Made by a program: the position numbers and the translations under genes. A stretch of DNA of 64,000 nucleotides from Candidatus Parcubacteria bacterium (GTDB taxonomy: Bacteria > Patescibacteriota > Minisyncoccia > Phycocordibacterales > JAACPR01): assembly GCA_041158505.1 (NCBI GenBank), contig JBEBBG010000015.1, positions 12,642 through 76,641 on the forward strand, read 5' to 3'. The notes beneath the pieces are model-generated. The model was not told where the DNA came from. It saw only the letters and a list, made by a program, of their open reading frames with translations, and made no database searches. Positions 63,472 through 64,000 of the stretch are shown here, one piece after another. Each line of letters begins with the position of its first letter. Positions within the stretch are counted from its first letter, which is position 1.

Positions 63472-63858
63472 GTGGAAACAAAACGATTTACACGTGTGGT
63501 AGAGCACTTTACCTGTGAGCACTGTGGTGCTGCAAATGATGGTAATGGGTACACAAATCACTGCCACCAGTGTCTGTGGTCTAAACACGTGGACATCAAT
63601 CCTGGTGATAGAGCCGCAACCTGTGGTGGCCTTATGAAGCCAACGGCAATTGAAAACACCAGTGGCGAGTACGTCCTGACGCACACCTGTGAGCGTTGCA
63701 AGCATCAAAAACGAAACAAAGTTGCAGCAAATGATAACTTTGACACTGTTGTGTCACTCGCGGTGTCACTCGCGGATGATTACGCTACAGGTTCCGTAAC
63801 AAGAGCTCCGTTAGGCGCGGCGCAGCAGATGACGCAAACGATGCAGCCTGCGATGTAA
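63472..63858 (+). CDS. RNHCP-domain zinc-binding protein
   Basis: F.CEHCG....G.GYTNHC..CLWS.HVD..PGDRA..CGG.M.P.......H.C.RC; GTG start 63472. Confidence 0.88.
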   Translation: METKRFTRVVEHFTCEHCGAANDGNGYTNHCHQCLWSKHVDINPGDRAATCGGLMKPTAIENTSGEYVLTHTCERCKHQKRNKVAANDNFDTVVSLAVSLADDYATGSVTRAPLGAAQQMTQTMQPAM

Positions 63859-64000
63859 GGTCGCCACCTAGTATTTCTTTTAGTGTTTTGCCCGTTGCAT
63901 CTTTAATATCTCGGTTGATGTAGTCGAGGGTGAGGGCGTTGATGACGTACCCGCCTGGAGTGCTGCCGGTATTTGTGGTGGCAATGATACCAATGAGCTT
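63785..64000 (-). CDS. C-terminal end of a protein entering from beyond the window (possibly trypsin-like protease)
   Basis: Open frame KLIGIIATT...ALTLDYINRDI...GKTL..IL..DL...A..F....APRL..LLL to TAG at 63785; catalytic motifs lie outside the window. Confidence 0.5.
   Translation of the reverse strand, partial: KLIGIIATTNTGSTPGGYVINALTLDYINRDIKDATGKTLKEILGGDLTSQAASFASSAAPRLTELLLRNL

Noticed and set aside
1-64000. Alternative genetic code 25 (TGA=Gly), CRISPR arrays, IS elements, prophage, rRNA
   Set aside because: Core genes translate full length under code 11 and several ORFs end in TGA. No repeat-spacer array, transposase, phage structural gene or rRNA-like sequence was seen.

Overview
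A chromosomal core region of a small-genome bacterium, most likely Patescibacteria/CPR (Parcubacteria-like). This is inferred from gene content: a short HolA and YebC, PolA lacking most of its proofreading domain, PilB, a PrgI/VirB4/VirB6/pilin T4SS-like cluster and many membrane-anchored hypotheticals. TGA acts as a stop, so the code is standard code 11. The window spans the replication origin: dnaN-oriC-dnaA, with divergent rpmH-rnpA-yidC, and by eye the third-codon-position bias flips exactly between dnaA and dnaN. It also carries ruvA, ruvB, ruvC, mutM, polA, xth, pcrA/uvrD, comM, yraN, a Xer recombinase, cell-wall genes, a small glycan-modification cluster and four tRNAs. Six non-routine signals stand out. 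(1) About 11 parS-like palindromes in 2.2 kb at 56.7-59.0 kb, mostly written into the cca and yraN coding sequences and next to a second DnaA-box cluster about 37 kb from oriC. (2) Two promoter-driven, apparently non-coding structured transcripts that share a 5' motif: a 161-nt 6S-like rod at 13.0-13.2 kb and a DnaA-box-gated RNA at 55.9-56.2 kb. (3) A MYG1 plus two-paralog DHH-like cluster around a cold-shock-domain protein and an RNHCP protein. (4) A 50-aa microprotein after ruvC that is 56% acidic. (5) A possible DGR-target-like ORFan. (6) A window-wide leaderless gene architecture, contrasting with Shine-Dalgarno-led ORFans. No CRISPR array, transposase, prophage or rRNA was seen. All calls come from reading motifs by eye; no searches were run.
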